DNA of 64,000 nucleotides from Adineta vaga (Eukaryota > Animalia > Rotifera), in assembly GCA_021613535.1 (NCBI GenBank), contig CP075495.1:1054001-1118000 (forward strand), in the 5' to 3' direction. The notes under the pieces are model-generated. The model did not search any database and was not told the origin of the DNA. It worked only from the letters and a program-made list of their open reading frames with translations. How positions within the stretch are numbered: the first letter of the stretch is position 1; the number at the start of each line of letters is the position of its first letter. The translations under genes were made by a program, and so were the position numbers. This document shows, in pieces, positions 24,610 to 38,156 of the stretch.

Positions 24610-26314
24610 TGTGTTGTGACTAAAGAAGAGACAAAATCGGTGGTTTATATACCTTTTTACTTCCTCGGTCGATTGTACGTGTCGAAAAATCTCGTAATCA
24701 TAATTGTAAATATAAATTGAAAAGAAAAGCAAACCATATCGGACGACTATCTTCGTTTTCATGATTCTTTCTTTTCGATCATTATCGATATTCGCCACTT
24801 CCGACATATCTTCCGATTATGATGACACGAGGGAAAAAAACATTCTCCTCTCGACATAAATCATATCTTACAAAATTGTTTATTTGTAATTTGTTTTTGT
24901 GTACCGAAAAAGTGAGTACACTACTAGAATTGGTCAGTGTGGTCGGCCGGCCGTTTACACGATAACTCTTCACAACTACATTCTATTGAACTGAAACTTT
25001 GTGCATATAATTGTCTCATCAATATCTCGGTCGAGTTCGAAGATGAAAATGATCTCTCGAGAAATGGCTGAGTTATCGAAAAAACTGTCATTATTGACCA
25101 GATCATCCCTGAGAGGGGATACAGGGTTTTTTTTGAAAAACAAATTTTTCTCATAATTATTTAAAATATATATGAGTCGACTCAGTTTTTAACGCCGATT
25201 CTGAATCTGGCATTCGTTTTGAGTCAAACCATAGTTTCCTAATGTGAAAATGCTTGAAAAAAGTCTCAAAACAACAAATCACCTAACACTTCTCAGATGA
25301 CCTGTAGTTTAGGAGTTTCCCAAATGCTGATATGTGTATCTATCATAGATCTCTTATAGATTCATGAGGTTGCATATGACCGTCATTTCGATAGATTCAA
25401 ACACAAAAATTCATTAAAAATGAGTCATCAGAAATCTTGCTCATCGAAAACTTTCTCTTAGTAATTTTGATGTATGTAGACGTTCTGGAATGAATCATCT
25501 CTCTCATACACTTTTTGCAGTACACATAACTCTCGGATAAAATCCGAAGTTTTCGCATTTATTATTTGTATATTTGAACTAAGTTAATGTTAAAACAACG
25601 TATCGATAGATATTACGAGTATACTCTATGATGCCTTAGACATATACATCCTTTCGTCATGACGTGATACGTGAAGGACAAACAAAAATCAGGTAGTTTT
25701 TCTCTTTCCTATAGCGTCTTGTAATTAATCAAAGGACGTATTAAAAGACGTGATTTTCATATCTATCATTTATTCTTTAATACTACAAAATGAAAAAAAA
25801 GTATGAAATTTGTAAAATATGATATATTTTAATGAGGAATAATTAGTAGCGTTATTCATAAATAGAGAAAGTTGTATTTAAATTTAAATTACAATATCGA
25901 TGTTACAAATACAACAAATGAATCTCCTTTTTTGTTACGAAATTATATCAATATGTAATATTATATTCTTTTACAAGTAATTTTTTATTGATCAAGGAGC
26001 TGTACTAAACAGCTTTGATCATTTTATATGATAGATAAGAAACACATTCGTTCTCTCTCTCTTCTTACGTAGGTTGATAATGATTACATCAATAATTTAA
26101 GATCAAATCAAGCAAACAAAAGACAAATATTTGCAACAAGTTTCACCTTTGATCGCATGAATATGATATACGTCATTTTTTTTCTTTTTATACAAGTGAA
26201 TGAGTATATTATTTATATAACTACAATGGATTTATTGGCGAAGAAAAAAACAAGGATTAAAGAAGTTAAAACTAAGATTAGTATAAAGAGAAGAAAAGGG
26301 TCTGTTGATGATGA

Positions 26315-27233
26315 TTAACCTTGGAGTTTTCCAGTGACTGCTCCACTACCTGGATTAGAAGCATCGTTTGATAATGATGGTGGAGTGAATGCTAAACGAA
26401 AAAAAAAGATACTTGTAAATATTCTATATGAAAAAAAGTAAACTTACAAGTAAAAATCAAAGTAATAGTGTATGTTACTGTATAAGTATTAGTTTGTTGT
26501 GTGACTAGTTCAAAGAGGAAAATCGTAACTGTGATTGTATAAACCTTAATGGATTGACGAAATTTTCCGAAGCCACATTTTGCACATTTTTTTAAATTAA
26601 ATCTGAATGGACAGAAAGTTTTTCTACGTGATTGACGACGTTCTCGTAGAATACCACTAGAAAAATTTCAAACAAATTCTATAATAAAGATTGATTTTTG
26701 TATATACTTACAATCCACGTCGTTTGCGTTTACCAATTGTATCGACAGATGTACCACCTTGAACTGGCATTGAACCGGGTGTTAGTCCCAATGCATTTTC
26801 CGACTATAAAATACAACTTTCAATGGAAGTTTTTCATCTTTCAATATATATTTACCGCTGCGCCAATATTTGCAGCTGAATTGCCAGTTAATGTACCCGC
26901 TGGTAAGTCTTGATCAGGATCCATACTTGCATAATAAAGTGGAGATAGACCTCCTAAATAAATCAACAATGATGAATATAGAAAAGTGTTTTGTTGATCG
27001 TTCGTATTCTTACTTTCATCGATATCTCTATTGATATAAACGGGAATTAATGCAAGAACAATTGTTGATGCAATGATGAAAAGAATAAATAGAAGACAAC
27101 ATATAGCCAAGAGTGGACCACTAGCAGCTAAGCCAGATCTATTTAATAAAAAAAATTCGAATCGAAACGTTTGCAAATTTCATATTTACCGTCGAGGAGC
27201 AGCAGCAACAACAGGTGGTGGTGGAGCGTACAT
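26315..27233 (-). CDS. Paralog of 23711-24609 (type II membrane protein, RKRR site)
   Basis: Exons read MYAPPPP / IASTIVLALIPVY / SPLYYASMDP..LPAGTL / GKRKRRG / RRQSRRKTFCPFRFNLKKCAKCG, with GT-AG introns at equivalent positions. Confidence 0.7.
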
Positions 27234-27843
27234 ATTCACAATTAAGAATGTGTATAATTTTATAATAGAAACTCACTTGTTTATATATCTATCTCTTTCC
27301 TTTAGTTTTAGTTTTCATGATGATGGTCAAATTTTCTCTCTCTCTCTTTGCCTTTTGTTTATTAATACAATGGTACTATTGATAGGTATTGTTTCTCTAT
27401 TATGTAGTTTGCCCTTAAAAGTGCATCGAAGTAAACAACACATGATTCTTCATAGAGGGTTGTTGAGTGCATTACAATTAAAATGGATATAATTAAACTA
27501 TTCTTCGAACATAAAATATAATCATTTCATAGATTATAGAAGTTTATTTATTATTGAATCGATTTTTAATTTGAAAATTCTGTTATTTAACTGGAAATTT
27601 TCTTAATTGTTCCCGATATCCTTCTTTGTCGTTTTCAACATCACATAAACAAAATTATTCTCTTTGTTTTATGTTTATTCAAGGTAACTTATTGTTATTA
27701 TCATTTCGATTATTGATGAGAAAAACAAATATTTCATTGTTTATCACAGTTTTTGAGTAGAATAAATGATGATAATATATACACGAATCGTTATCATGTT
27801 GATGATCGTAATGTTAGTTATGTGAATTCTTGCAGCTGCTATT

Positions 27844-28221
27844 TTGCGTATAGGAGTACGATGTGAACATACATTTTGTGATGAGTGTATTGAAATTTGG
27901 ATAAAAGAAAATTCTTCATGTCCTGTTTGTCGAATTAAAACACGAATTGTTCTTAATCTACTTGACCGTCTTTCTGTTCGTTGTAAACATTGTCATGAAG
28001 AAAATATTAAACGAGGTGATTTTGTTGGTCATACCAAATATCGATGTCGTTATGTAATCGTTAAATATCCAGCTGTTAATTTAGATTGTTCATGGACGGG
28101 TAAACGAGAAGAACAAACGGAACATTTAGCAATATGTTCATTGGTTAAAGTTCAACCGATTATTGAAAAGTTACATGCTTTCGTTTTTGCAAATACTTCT
28201 AATGCTTATATGAAAGTATAG
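27844..28221 (+). pseudogene. RING + TRAF/Sina-type zinc-finger gene fragment
   Basis: CEHTFCDECI..W....CPVCR is a RING lacking its first CxxC. It is followed by LLDRLSVRC..C and CSWTGKR....HL..C. No ATG-led complete RING is visible. Confidence 0.65.
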
Positions 28222-29644
28222 AGAATTGTATTATAGCACACGATCTTATATATATATATATACATCTATAATGTTAAGAAATATTCAAAAACATATCCGT
28301 ATCATTAAGTTTTTATCGTATATTGATCCAGATATTTAATCTTTTTTTTTTCTTTTTATCTGATAGAAACTCATAACGATGTGTGCAATTATTCTACACA
28401 TACCAATTGAGTATATTTTTAGAACTATTTGCTCGATCATATTCTAAACCATAACAAAATCTATTCATAAATCTTCTACTTTTCCTTCTCTTCTCGCACA
28501 ATGTGATTGATTCGGATATCAATCAGATAGACAATTCCATGTCCTTTTCAAAGTAATGAAACAATAAATGTTATTCAACCATCTTTGCTATCGTGGACGA
28601 TTACATGTTGTTGCGCTGATAGCAGAAAATGCAACAACAAAATTTCTTATTTGACAATAAGAAACTAAAATTGAACTCCAATTTATTGTAAATAAAAGAA
28701 CTTGAAAAGAAAAAGGAAATTAATTTGCTGAGTGTGAGAAACAAAGAAATTCATTGATCCCTTGAATTTCAACAATTTCTTTTGTTGTACGTATATACGA
28801 ATAAAAAACAACACGGTGAAATACTTAATGGATTATAAAGTCTTATGATAGTCATGATTTTGATTGAAAAACGGTCCCTCCAAAAATCGGCGCTGGGATA
28901 ATTCGTCGCAAATGTAATTTAATTACACTGTACTGAATAATCTCTATTTTATTAATTGAGATAGATACATATGGGCGCGTGCTCAATGATAGGATACATC
29001 GCATAGTATTCCTCTAGTTCATTATCAGACAAATGTGGATTTTTCATCCGTTATAGTATATGTGTATAATGGTAATAATCTTTTAGGATTTGAGTCCCAT
29101 ATCTGATTAAAACTAAAAATTGTGAAATTTTTCTTTATAATCATTTTTCTAAAATACTACACAATGCCTAGTACTTTAATAAACAGATTAGAAAGAAACA
29201 ATGTGGGGAAAAACGAGGATTATTATTCGAACAGGGATATTAAATTGCCTAGGTTGTAATCATTAGGTAAGAAAATAACCTTTCTCTAACGAAAGATGAA
29301 TAGATTAGGAATATTCCAACATTGACACATCCTTTGTAAAAAGGTTTTCTATATAATTATGAAAACAAGTATAAAAACGAATGATCGACTAGAAACAAAG
29401 AAAGAAATATTCAAATGAAAAATCAAGAAGTATTCCACATAAAAAAGTAAGTACTTTTTATTTCAACATTGTCCAAAATACAATCGTTTGATTTCATCGC
29501 TACATGGCGAAACATGAGTGTAGTATAGTAATATTAACATTTTATGTGGAAAAATATCGACGAATCATCTCTCTCGAATAACTCTGTTCTTTATAATATA
29601 TACATGGCATTTAGTCCTTCAATTCTTTTTGTTTCAGACGAAGT

Positions 29645-31125
29645 ATGGCATCAGCAGGATTTAATAAACGTTCTGAATCGTACGATGATTTAGAAGAAAC
29701 TAAATCTACTACTTCAAATTACAGTGATGTATATATAAATCCTATACAAATTCCTTCTATACATAGGTTTCCAATATCACCACTTGTTACACCGTATGAT
29801 ATTATTATTCATATTAATAGTCTTGCTATGTTATCAACAGCTGAAGATAATCATGGTGTTATAGTTGCAATTATTGGTTCGTATAATCGTGGTAAATCAT
29901 TTTTACTTAATCAATTGTGTAATATTCATTTACCGCATGGTAATTTGATACATACAGAAGATTTATCAATTACAGCAGGACGAAATTTATCTGAAAATAT
30001 CATTTTTATCGATACTGCTGGCACTGATACTGCAATTCCAAGAGATAAACTTGATGATAAAAAAGCTACGGAAGCTCTTCTACGAGAACTATCTCTACAT
30101 TTATCTTCATATATTATTATTGTTGTTGATCGTTTACGTGCAACAGACCAATCATATATTCGGCAAGTTTTAAAACATTGTGAAAATTTAAAATCAAAGG
30201 ATAAAAATATCATTATTGTTCATAATTTAATGGATGTAGAAACAATTGAAGATGTAAAAAAAGTCATTAAAGAAGAAATTGAGTATCTTTTTGACGTGAA
30301 ACCGACTACAATGAATTTACAAGTCAATAATACATTTGATACAGTTCAATTTTTTCATTCTAAACAAAATAATATCAATTTGAGTCATTTCATTTTTACA
30401 AGAAATGGTTTTGATGCAGCAAAAATATGGAATAGACGATCTATTGATGGTATCATAAATATTTTACAAACAGCTCATTAAATTTATCACCAAAACTTCT
30501 TTATGATGATGCGGGCTATTTCATAGGTATTAGTTCGATGGATAATTCCCTCGACTGTAAGGAGGGTCTTATGAAAAAAAATAGTTTGTTTGTAAATAAA
30601 TTTGTGTCAGGGTCAAAGGTCAAAAAAACATCGGTGAAGGCAATTTGGAAATCATCATTTGGGGAGAGTGGCGGAAGGACCTAGAGTGTTGAGCTGGGTG
30701 ATGGGTGAAATTGATTTCACGAGAAGAAACTTAATGTTTTTGTGGTTGTGAAAGTTATTACATATTTCAACAATAACATGAGAGTCATTTTCTCGTATAT
30801 TAGGTTTCCAGATCAATTGGTTTTGGTATTGGAACAAGCTAAAAATAACCATCCTCCACAGTCGAGGGTTAAGTGAGTCGGCCCGACGAGCGTTACTTGT
30901 GGTCAATAGCAACCTATTTACAGTCTGTATGAAACTGCTGATGAAATTATTGCTTTCGTTGAACATGCAGGTTTTCATAAGAATGCAAATTGCCACGATG
31001 AAAAAATTCCATTCGGTCCATCCAAATTAGAAATTCCTTTAAAATCAAACGTAGAACATGACGAAGGTCTTCTCAAAGTCATATGTCAAAAAAAAGGAAT
31101 TAGCTTCCAAAATTTCCGACTAAAA
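29645..31125 (+). pseudogene. P-loop GTPase (TRAFAC-type) gene with a disrupted C-terminus (possible HSP20-like tail)
   Basis: G1 GSYNRGKS, G3 DTAG and IIIVHN. The ORF stops at 30481, coding-like sequence continues in another frame (LSPKLLYDDAGYF), then an insertion, then EKIPFGPSKLEIPL...DEGLLKVIC near 31000-31100. Confidence 0.65.
30548..30868. mobile_element. ~320-bp MITE with 11-bp TIRs, piggyBac-like
   Basis: ccctcgactgt (30548-30558) and acagtcgaggg (30858-30868) form perfect TIRs. The right end is followed by TTAA; the left flank is aatt, so the TSD is imperfect. Confidence 0.6.
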
Positions 31126-31794
31126 ACAAAACTTATCTTTTTACGAATTGTAATTCTCCTACATAATATACAAGAAATAAAATAAGAACAGAATGTGTTC
31201 TTGAAAGTCTTGATAGATCTTTCTCTTCTCTCTCTATATTTGTTTGTCAATATTTTAAGATTACCGAGAAATATTAAATGTTGAGCTACGTAGCTTTAAA
31301 CTTAAGAGCACAATAAATAGATATGAATATGAAGTAAACAAGAGAAGGACATGCAACCACATTCTATTAAGTCATTGAATATATCCAAATAAAAACCAAT
31401 TGATGCACTGATTTATCACAGTTCTTTTCCTTCATTTTTATGTTTGCACGAGTAGATTTGAAAAAGATAAAAAACAGCAAATATTTGCAGTTATATGCAT
31501 TTATCGATAACGTACGAAAAATAGTGATTTTGATTTATCTTATTCTTTTGTAAAAACAATCAAAATGAATGTCATTTCGTTTGATCGATCTAAAGATTTT
31601 CTATGTATAAAAGCTGAACCGCCACTACATAAACATTTGGATTATCACTATCTTAAAATATTCGACATTGTTTGGGCTCATCTTCAGCTATAGGTGCCAT
31701 ATTTATACTATAGCATAACTTAACTGAAAATTGTTAATATTAATTTATTGAAGTAAATAAAAGAAAATGATTGAGATTAAAGTACTAAAAAAAA

Positions 31795-33044
31795 TTATAA
31801 TTGCGGCATAGTTACATTGATACCGAGTGTACCAGCCACATTTCCTATGGCAACTAACATGAAAAATTGTTGTAATTTGAAAGCTTCATCGATTGTTAGA
31901 ACATGTGGTATTTCTTGTATTGATTGACTAGTTGATGACCATAGACCACCCAGATAACTCTTTGATTTTGTTATTAATAATAGATCAGGAGCTAAAGTCC
32001 AATCAGCATCAATATCAATAATATAAAATGAAGCCGTATTTTTAATACTCTCACCATTTTTAAATAATGTTAATGAACGATATTTACCATTCATATCAGG
32101 TGAATATAAATATTGAATTTGTTCCATTGCAAAATCATCTGAATAAGTTAAAGCAAGCATAAAACTACCTTTTGATGGAAGATTATAATCCATACTGAGT
32201 GCTGTAACAAATTCATTTGCTTTATCACTTGGAATATCAATTACTTTAAGAGTTGTTGATTTTTGATTGAAATAAGAAAAACCGAATCGAACAATTCTTT
32301 CAATAGTAGTTGATTTACTTGATTTTAGTGTTTGAATAATTTCTTTAGCAACATTTATGCTGCTTAAAAGTGAACTAGCTAAAGCTTTAACTTTATCCGT
32401 TACACTTGTCGATTAATTTCCACTAGCACTAATTCGAGATATTACTGATAGATCTATATTAAAGTAGGACAACATACGAAATTTTTGTGGAACTAATACA
32501 GTAGCACCAAGAAAACGTAACATATTTAATACAGTTTTAGTTGTTTTTTCTTCCCATGATGATGGTGTTATCAATTTTAGTAGATGTTCATTGAAAAATT
32601 CACCATTAACAGTTAATCGTGATGTACGAATAATATTCAACTGTTTTTTGTCAAAAGTAAGATTCGTCGTAGTACTGGGTAACATTGTTTGAATTAAATT
32701 TTTTGAAGTTATATTTACAGATAGAAAATTGAGAGTAAATGTCATATTATCAACAAGGTGCGCAAATATCCAAATATATTTAATAAATGAAATGTTAGAT
32801 TTGTTTGAATTGCTGTTATAATCGAATCATTATAAGATGCTAATATTTCAGCTTTGACATTTCTATTCGAGAGATTATTTTCAATAGCATTGACAAAATT
32901 GATTGTGACATTATCGTCAAGATTACCAGTTGAACTTGTCCAACTTCTGCTTATTGATTTCAATAAACTTGGTGAGAAGTTTTGTTGATTGAACCAATTA
33001 AATTGATCTGCTGTCATTTTTTGCAAGACAATATATATCATCAT
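31795..33044 (-). pseudogene. Disrupted gene of unknown function
   Basis: Three collinear ORFs. A frameshift lies at ~32745, and an in-frame TAA at 32413-32415 is followed by an open frame running into ORF 31795-32193. Confidence 0.6.
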
Positions 33045-34057
33045 GTTTTAGTTCTAGAATACGACAAAAAGTTTTAAATGAAAATTATATAATACATATA
33101 AAATATTACCTTTTATAGCGTTCTACTGTCAAGATGAAGTAATTGTGTAGATATAGTTTTGATTTAGTAATGTAGTTGCTGATAAATACAAATACTTATA
33201 TAGTATTTTAGTCATTTTTTTGTGCGCAATTTTTTAAGAGATATTATTGTGCATCATCGTGTATTGCGTCTGTCTTGATTCTACTATCAATAAGCATTTA
33301 AATTACTCAAACTGTGTAGTTTGTTTAATATCTTTCAATGACGAAATTTATTATATATGCTTTATATCATTTATCGTTATATTTACTCAGAATTGTGCTT
33401 CTCATTGCCGAATGTTTTATATTAACACATGAAAATACCAGTGACTTTCGACGAAGAGTATACAGATGTTTTTCTTTCTCTTAATAAAATTTTTCAATTT
33501 GTTAAAATGAAATATTTCTTATTAAAACGGTTTTCCTTTTATTGCCTTAATTTAAAGAACAATTTGAATATATGATAATCAACAAAAAAAGTAGTTTACT
33601 TGACATAAATTATTGTTCTAGAAGTTCATTTGATATTTATAGTAAAATGACATAAATATCAATTTCTTATTTTTAGAAGTTTTATATCAGAAAAAAGTCT
33701 TTGTCATATTAAACTTTAACATAAGATGAGGTCAGATGCTCTGCTATAAACTAATTTTATTATTTTTAACATTCTTATCCTTTCTAAAAGTGATACCTCA
33801 TAGAGAAATCGATCGAGAGTGCGAGATGGAAAAGATCATCTCAATCTCATCTTCTATTATAATCATATTCTTCAACTGTGCGATAGTTTTTCCTTTTATA
33901 CATAATACTTTTGTAACCCTCAAACTCGCTGTTACTTAATCAAATTTTCTCTTGAAAATATCAATATCAGTTCATTTTATATTCAAACTCTCATCTACAT
34001 TAAAGAAATTTATTTTGAAAAAATTCAAAGCAAAATCTTGACTAGATAAATGATATA

Positions 34058-35054
34058 TTAATATAATTGAAGAACAATGTTATCAATATCACCATCATTA
34101 TAAGATCCATTGAAACGAGTCATTGTAACTAAAACTTTAAAAGAACGAGAACCAATTGGTACTTGTCCATTTTCTTGTCGATAAAGTAATGATGTTCTTT
34201 GACCACGATCAATAGCTAAGACTGGTCCAAGTATTGTTGTATTACCAATATTTTGATTCGTTTGATTTAAAAATGTTAAAGATATTTGAGCATTATCATC
34301 TTGATCCAAATAACCACCAATCCATGCTGAGAAATTGAATGAAATCGTTTGATTATCAATTAAAATAGGATCGATTGATATTGTCATATCATTAATTTGC
34401 CACATCGTAGTCACACCGGAAACTTGTCCATAAAATGACATCTTCCACGATTACTAAATAATAAAAATAAAAACAAAATCTATTTCATCGAATGGTTATT
34501 ACTTTGGTCCAGGATCAGTTAACTTTTGATTTCCATAAATATTTCCATATTTTACTTGTGAAATTTGTCCACTATAAGTCCAACCTGTTGGATGCGTCAC
34601 ACCATAATTCATCTCACATAAACCAGTTTCTCCATCGCCATTAATGATCCAATTACCTTCTGACTCTAAAATTAAAAAAAACAAATATCTTTAGAAATTC
34701 AAGTTTCTATCTATTCTAACCCAATGGACTTCTTGTTCCAACAGAAACGATCATTGTTATACTATTCACATCAGGTACTAAAGTTCCATTATAATTGTAT
34801 AAATTTCCAAATAAACTACATGCAAAAGTTAATTGATAAAATCGAGCTGCTTTACATTGAAATTTTGCTAAACAATTTACTTGACATTCGTAAATATCCG
34901 AAACAATAGTTATACTAAATGGTAAACATGTTGTATTAATACAATGGAATTGTACACCAGTACTGATAGATATATCAATAGCTCGTATATCTTGTGAAAT
35001 CGTTTGTTCAATAAGAACAAATAAAAGGCATAAGAAAATTTGTCTTGTCAACAT
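34058..35054 (-). CDS. Secreted PAN/Apple domain + galactose-binding-like (FBA/CBM-like) jelly-roll domain; apparent 1-nt frameshift
   Basis: Signal peptide and Apple Cys pattern (C..C, ECQVNCL...CKA..F.....CSLF). Introns are 34720-34666 and 34502-34454. The C-terminal domain reads NWIINGDGE...FSAWIGGY..QDD...VP.GSR...NDG.IDNI. An A4 run at 34432-34435 is one base short of keeping the frame. Confidence 0.7.
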
Positions 35055-35479
35055 AGTTTACTCGAATTGCTCAAATGAATAAAATAGTTCTATTTTGTAT
35101 TACTTCCATTAGTTTATTAGTTTATTTTTCAAATATTTTAGCGAGTATACACGTCAGGTTTTTTCTTCTAGTAAGAATATTTTTTATGTTGCATATGGAA
35201 AACGTGTGCTCATTTATTTTGATATGAACGATATAAACAGAATAAGAAAATGAAGTCTTACTTCTTTTCAGAAAGAAATATATTTAACAAGAGGATAAGA
35301 AATACCATTTATGTTGATGAATAGGAACGCTTTATATAATGATTATGTGAAAGAACATATGCAAAATTAGTGTTGATTATAAAAACAAATTCATTCATTG
35401 AAGGATAAACAGAAGTATATTTCTGTTCTATTTATTTTATAATATTAAAACTCAACAATTAAGTTTTTTCTAACTCAAG

Positions 35480-36245
35480 ATCCAACTGAAATCTGAATGA
35501 AGTCTTCAATTCTTGAATGTTGTTGTTCTACGTGCTGTATTCTCTCTTTCACACATTTTATTCCACCGTCATATACTTTTCCTCTTCTCTTACGATGTTC
35601 TACATATATTTCAATGTCTTGTCTATTAGCAGCATCGAAATTAACTCTGAATATTCGAAATCATTTGGTTGCGTCTCATTCAGTATTTTCGAATAAGATA
35701 AGCAATGGATGTGACAACGCGTGGTACAGCTAATTTGAGAACGGTAGTTAAACCACCGACCATTGTAGATACATCGTAGATCGGATTGAAGTAATGATTC
35801 AACAATATAATATCGATTGTACATTCCTGGTACTTCGAATCATTTTGAAGATGAAATATTTGTAAAGCGACAACTAACTGATGCAGTTACATATTGATTC
35901 GAATAGAACTGAATCAAACGACTCTCAATGGTTTGTTTAACTCAATCACAAAATGCACCCAACGATTAAAATATACTAATGTACTGGCTTTTTGAAAATC
36001 TTTTCTAAGTAAGGTTTCGTTCAGACGACCACTAGAAAGATAATTAATCCAATCTTGAGTGATGGATATTTGTTGACAATCTCATGATAATGCTTGTGAA
36101 TGTGTTGACTACAAGTCGAGGTATTGTGTAATTGTTGGTTGATTGATATTGACAGATTGTGTGATATGAGCTAATGATGTGTAAAGAATGATGAATAATC
36201 TAGTGGATATGCGTTGTTTGCGAAGTTGATATTCATCAGTTCTAA
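35480..36245 (-). pseudogene. Degenerate fragment of a multi-TM Cys-rich gene family
   Basis: Minus-strand remnants RKQRISTRLFIILY and NQPTITQYLDL*STHSQALS*DCQQISI contain multiple stops. Confidence 0.4.
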
Positions 36246-36496
36246 TTACAAAAAAGAAAAGTGCTACGATACTTCTACTATTGTAATTTCTGTATTGATA
36301 ATTATTCTTAGAGATCTATTGATTTTTGTTTTTATCGTTCGATGAATTGATTTATATTTCATCTACAGAAATACTTTCCTCAACTATTTATGCAAAAATA
36401 TATCTTACTTGCCGAGTAATTTCAAAATAGTTTATTTTAAAGTAAGATTTTTTAATAAAAAAAAGTACAATATTCATTCTGTATCAAAATACAAAA

Positions 36497-36706
36497 CTAT
36501 TTATGTTCATTAATCTGTTGCTTCGAGTTATTCTCGGAATCTGATTGTTGTTCTTGTCCACTCACAGCTCCAACATGATGTTGACCTGATGCTGATGGTT
36601 GAGATTTCGCTTGTTGTTCACGAATTTGTTGAGCAGCAATATCAGGTGCACCGGATTGATTATCAGTCGATTCCTCTTTTCGATCAGGTGAAATTGCTAA
36701 AGACAT
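36497..36706 (-). CDS. Small hydrophilic, intrinsically disordered protein (69 aa)
   Basis: ATG-led ORF rich in Q/S/E, with no Cys or aromatic residues and higher GC than its flanks. A TATA-like tacatataaa lies ~75 nt upstream. Confidence 0.55.
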   Translation of the reverse strand: MSLAISPDRKEESTDNQSGAPDIAAQQIREQQAKSQPSASGQHHVGAVSGQEQQSDSENNSKQQINEHK

Positions 36707-37099
36707 TTTATGGCTTTTTTTTCTCGGGTAGTCAAGTAAAATAAACGTTTTTTGTTTGAAAAAATGTGAAATTGTTTCACTTTATATGTACATTTAAAAT
36801 ATGCGTAATAAGAAAAAAGAAAATTTTTTTTCTGTTTTTAACAGAATTATAAATAACTTTTTTTGTGATTGTTACAGAAAGAACAAAAAAACTCGTTTCT
36901 GTTGAGAGAGACACCGTCATCTTCTTAGTAGCGATAAAATATCACTGATAATCTTTGCTGGAATAGGTTTTCTTTTATCTAAATGCGATTATACTTCACA
37001 CAGGAATAGTTTTATTTTGATTACCATTGATTATAATTAACAGATGAAATCATTCTTTTCGAACATTTGTATAATATATAATATTTTCTTCTAAAAAAA

Positions 37100-38156
37100 G
37101 AAAAATGTATCTATAATTTATTTATTTATTGAAAAGTATTACCTATATGAATTTGTTAGAAATTCATTAAATATACGTAAAATTGAATACCATATTGGAA
37201 TGTGACAGTAACATGTTTCAAATGATTCAACATGCGACCAGAATTATTGATTGACAGACAAAGAACGAAGGTTATGTCTTGATTGAAACGAATGGGACAT
37301 GAAATCAATATCTATTTCAAGTGAATCAGTTGATTTCATGAGAAGTAAATGAAATCGACAATTAAGATTATAAAAGCTTTGATCTCGTTTGTCATCTGAT
37401 TTGTTCCACTGAAATAATAAAGAATTATTTGTACAAAAATAAAATACACGGGTAGTCTGTTGGACAATATCTCTGTTATCTTTCGTTATTTCACTCAAAT
37501 AAATGACGATGAATATGAGAAGAAAGAATAAATATTAGTTTTCTTCACTACACGAGATATTTTTGATGCAATTTGTCTTTGATACGGATTGGAATGTTTC
37601 ATTTTTACTATTGATGTCATTCAACTGATAACTTAATTCATAATCTTTTCTTCTAAACAAATGAAATTGAGTTGTTTCATCTAGTTGAAATCTTAGAGAT
37701 ATCTCAATACCTGTATGGATTCATTGAATAGAGAAATCTTTCTCTAACTTGCTCGTAGATTTGGTAAATGCATCGAAATTAATTGTTTCCATTCGTTAGC
37801 ATCCAGAGTTTCTCTCACTCTTGAAATGTGTAAAACTTCAACAAATAGAAAATGACTGATAGAAAGTTCTTGTAACTCAATAAATGTTATAATGTGATCT
37901 GACGTGAGAGAAACATATGGTACATGGTGGTATATCTTCAGAATATGTTTTGTGATCATCCTAAAGCATTTTCATCAGACATGAAATAATTTAGAATTCG
38001 AAGAGTTGATTGCATAAGAAGTGAATGAAGCCGATAATTGAGATCAAAAAATCCTTTGTAAACATGATAATAATCGAGATATTCAAATATCTCATAAAAT
38101 AAGTTCATTAGCAAGATCTTCCAATTGTGTAATACTTTTTGATGAATCACTAACAA
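37100..38156 (-). pseudogene. F-box/LRR-like gene relic (left palindrome arm and beyond)
   Basis: LEDLAN/ELFYEIFEYLDYYHVYKGFFDLNYR (F-box-like, frameshifted) and LDANEWKQLISMHLPNL, with many frameshifts. Confidence 0.6.

Noticed and set aside
25118-25260. Possible DNA-transposon end (tacagggt...gattctgaatctggcattcg)
   Set aside because: No matching opposite end or TSD found in the window.
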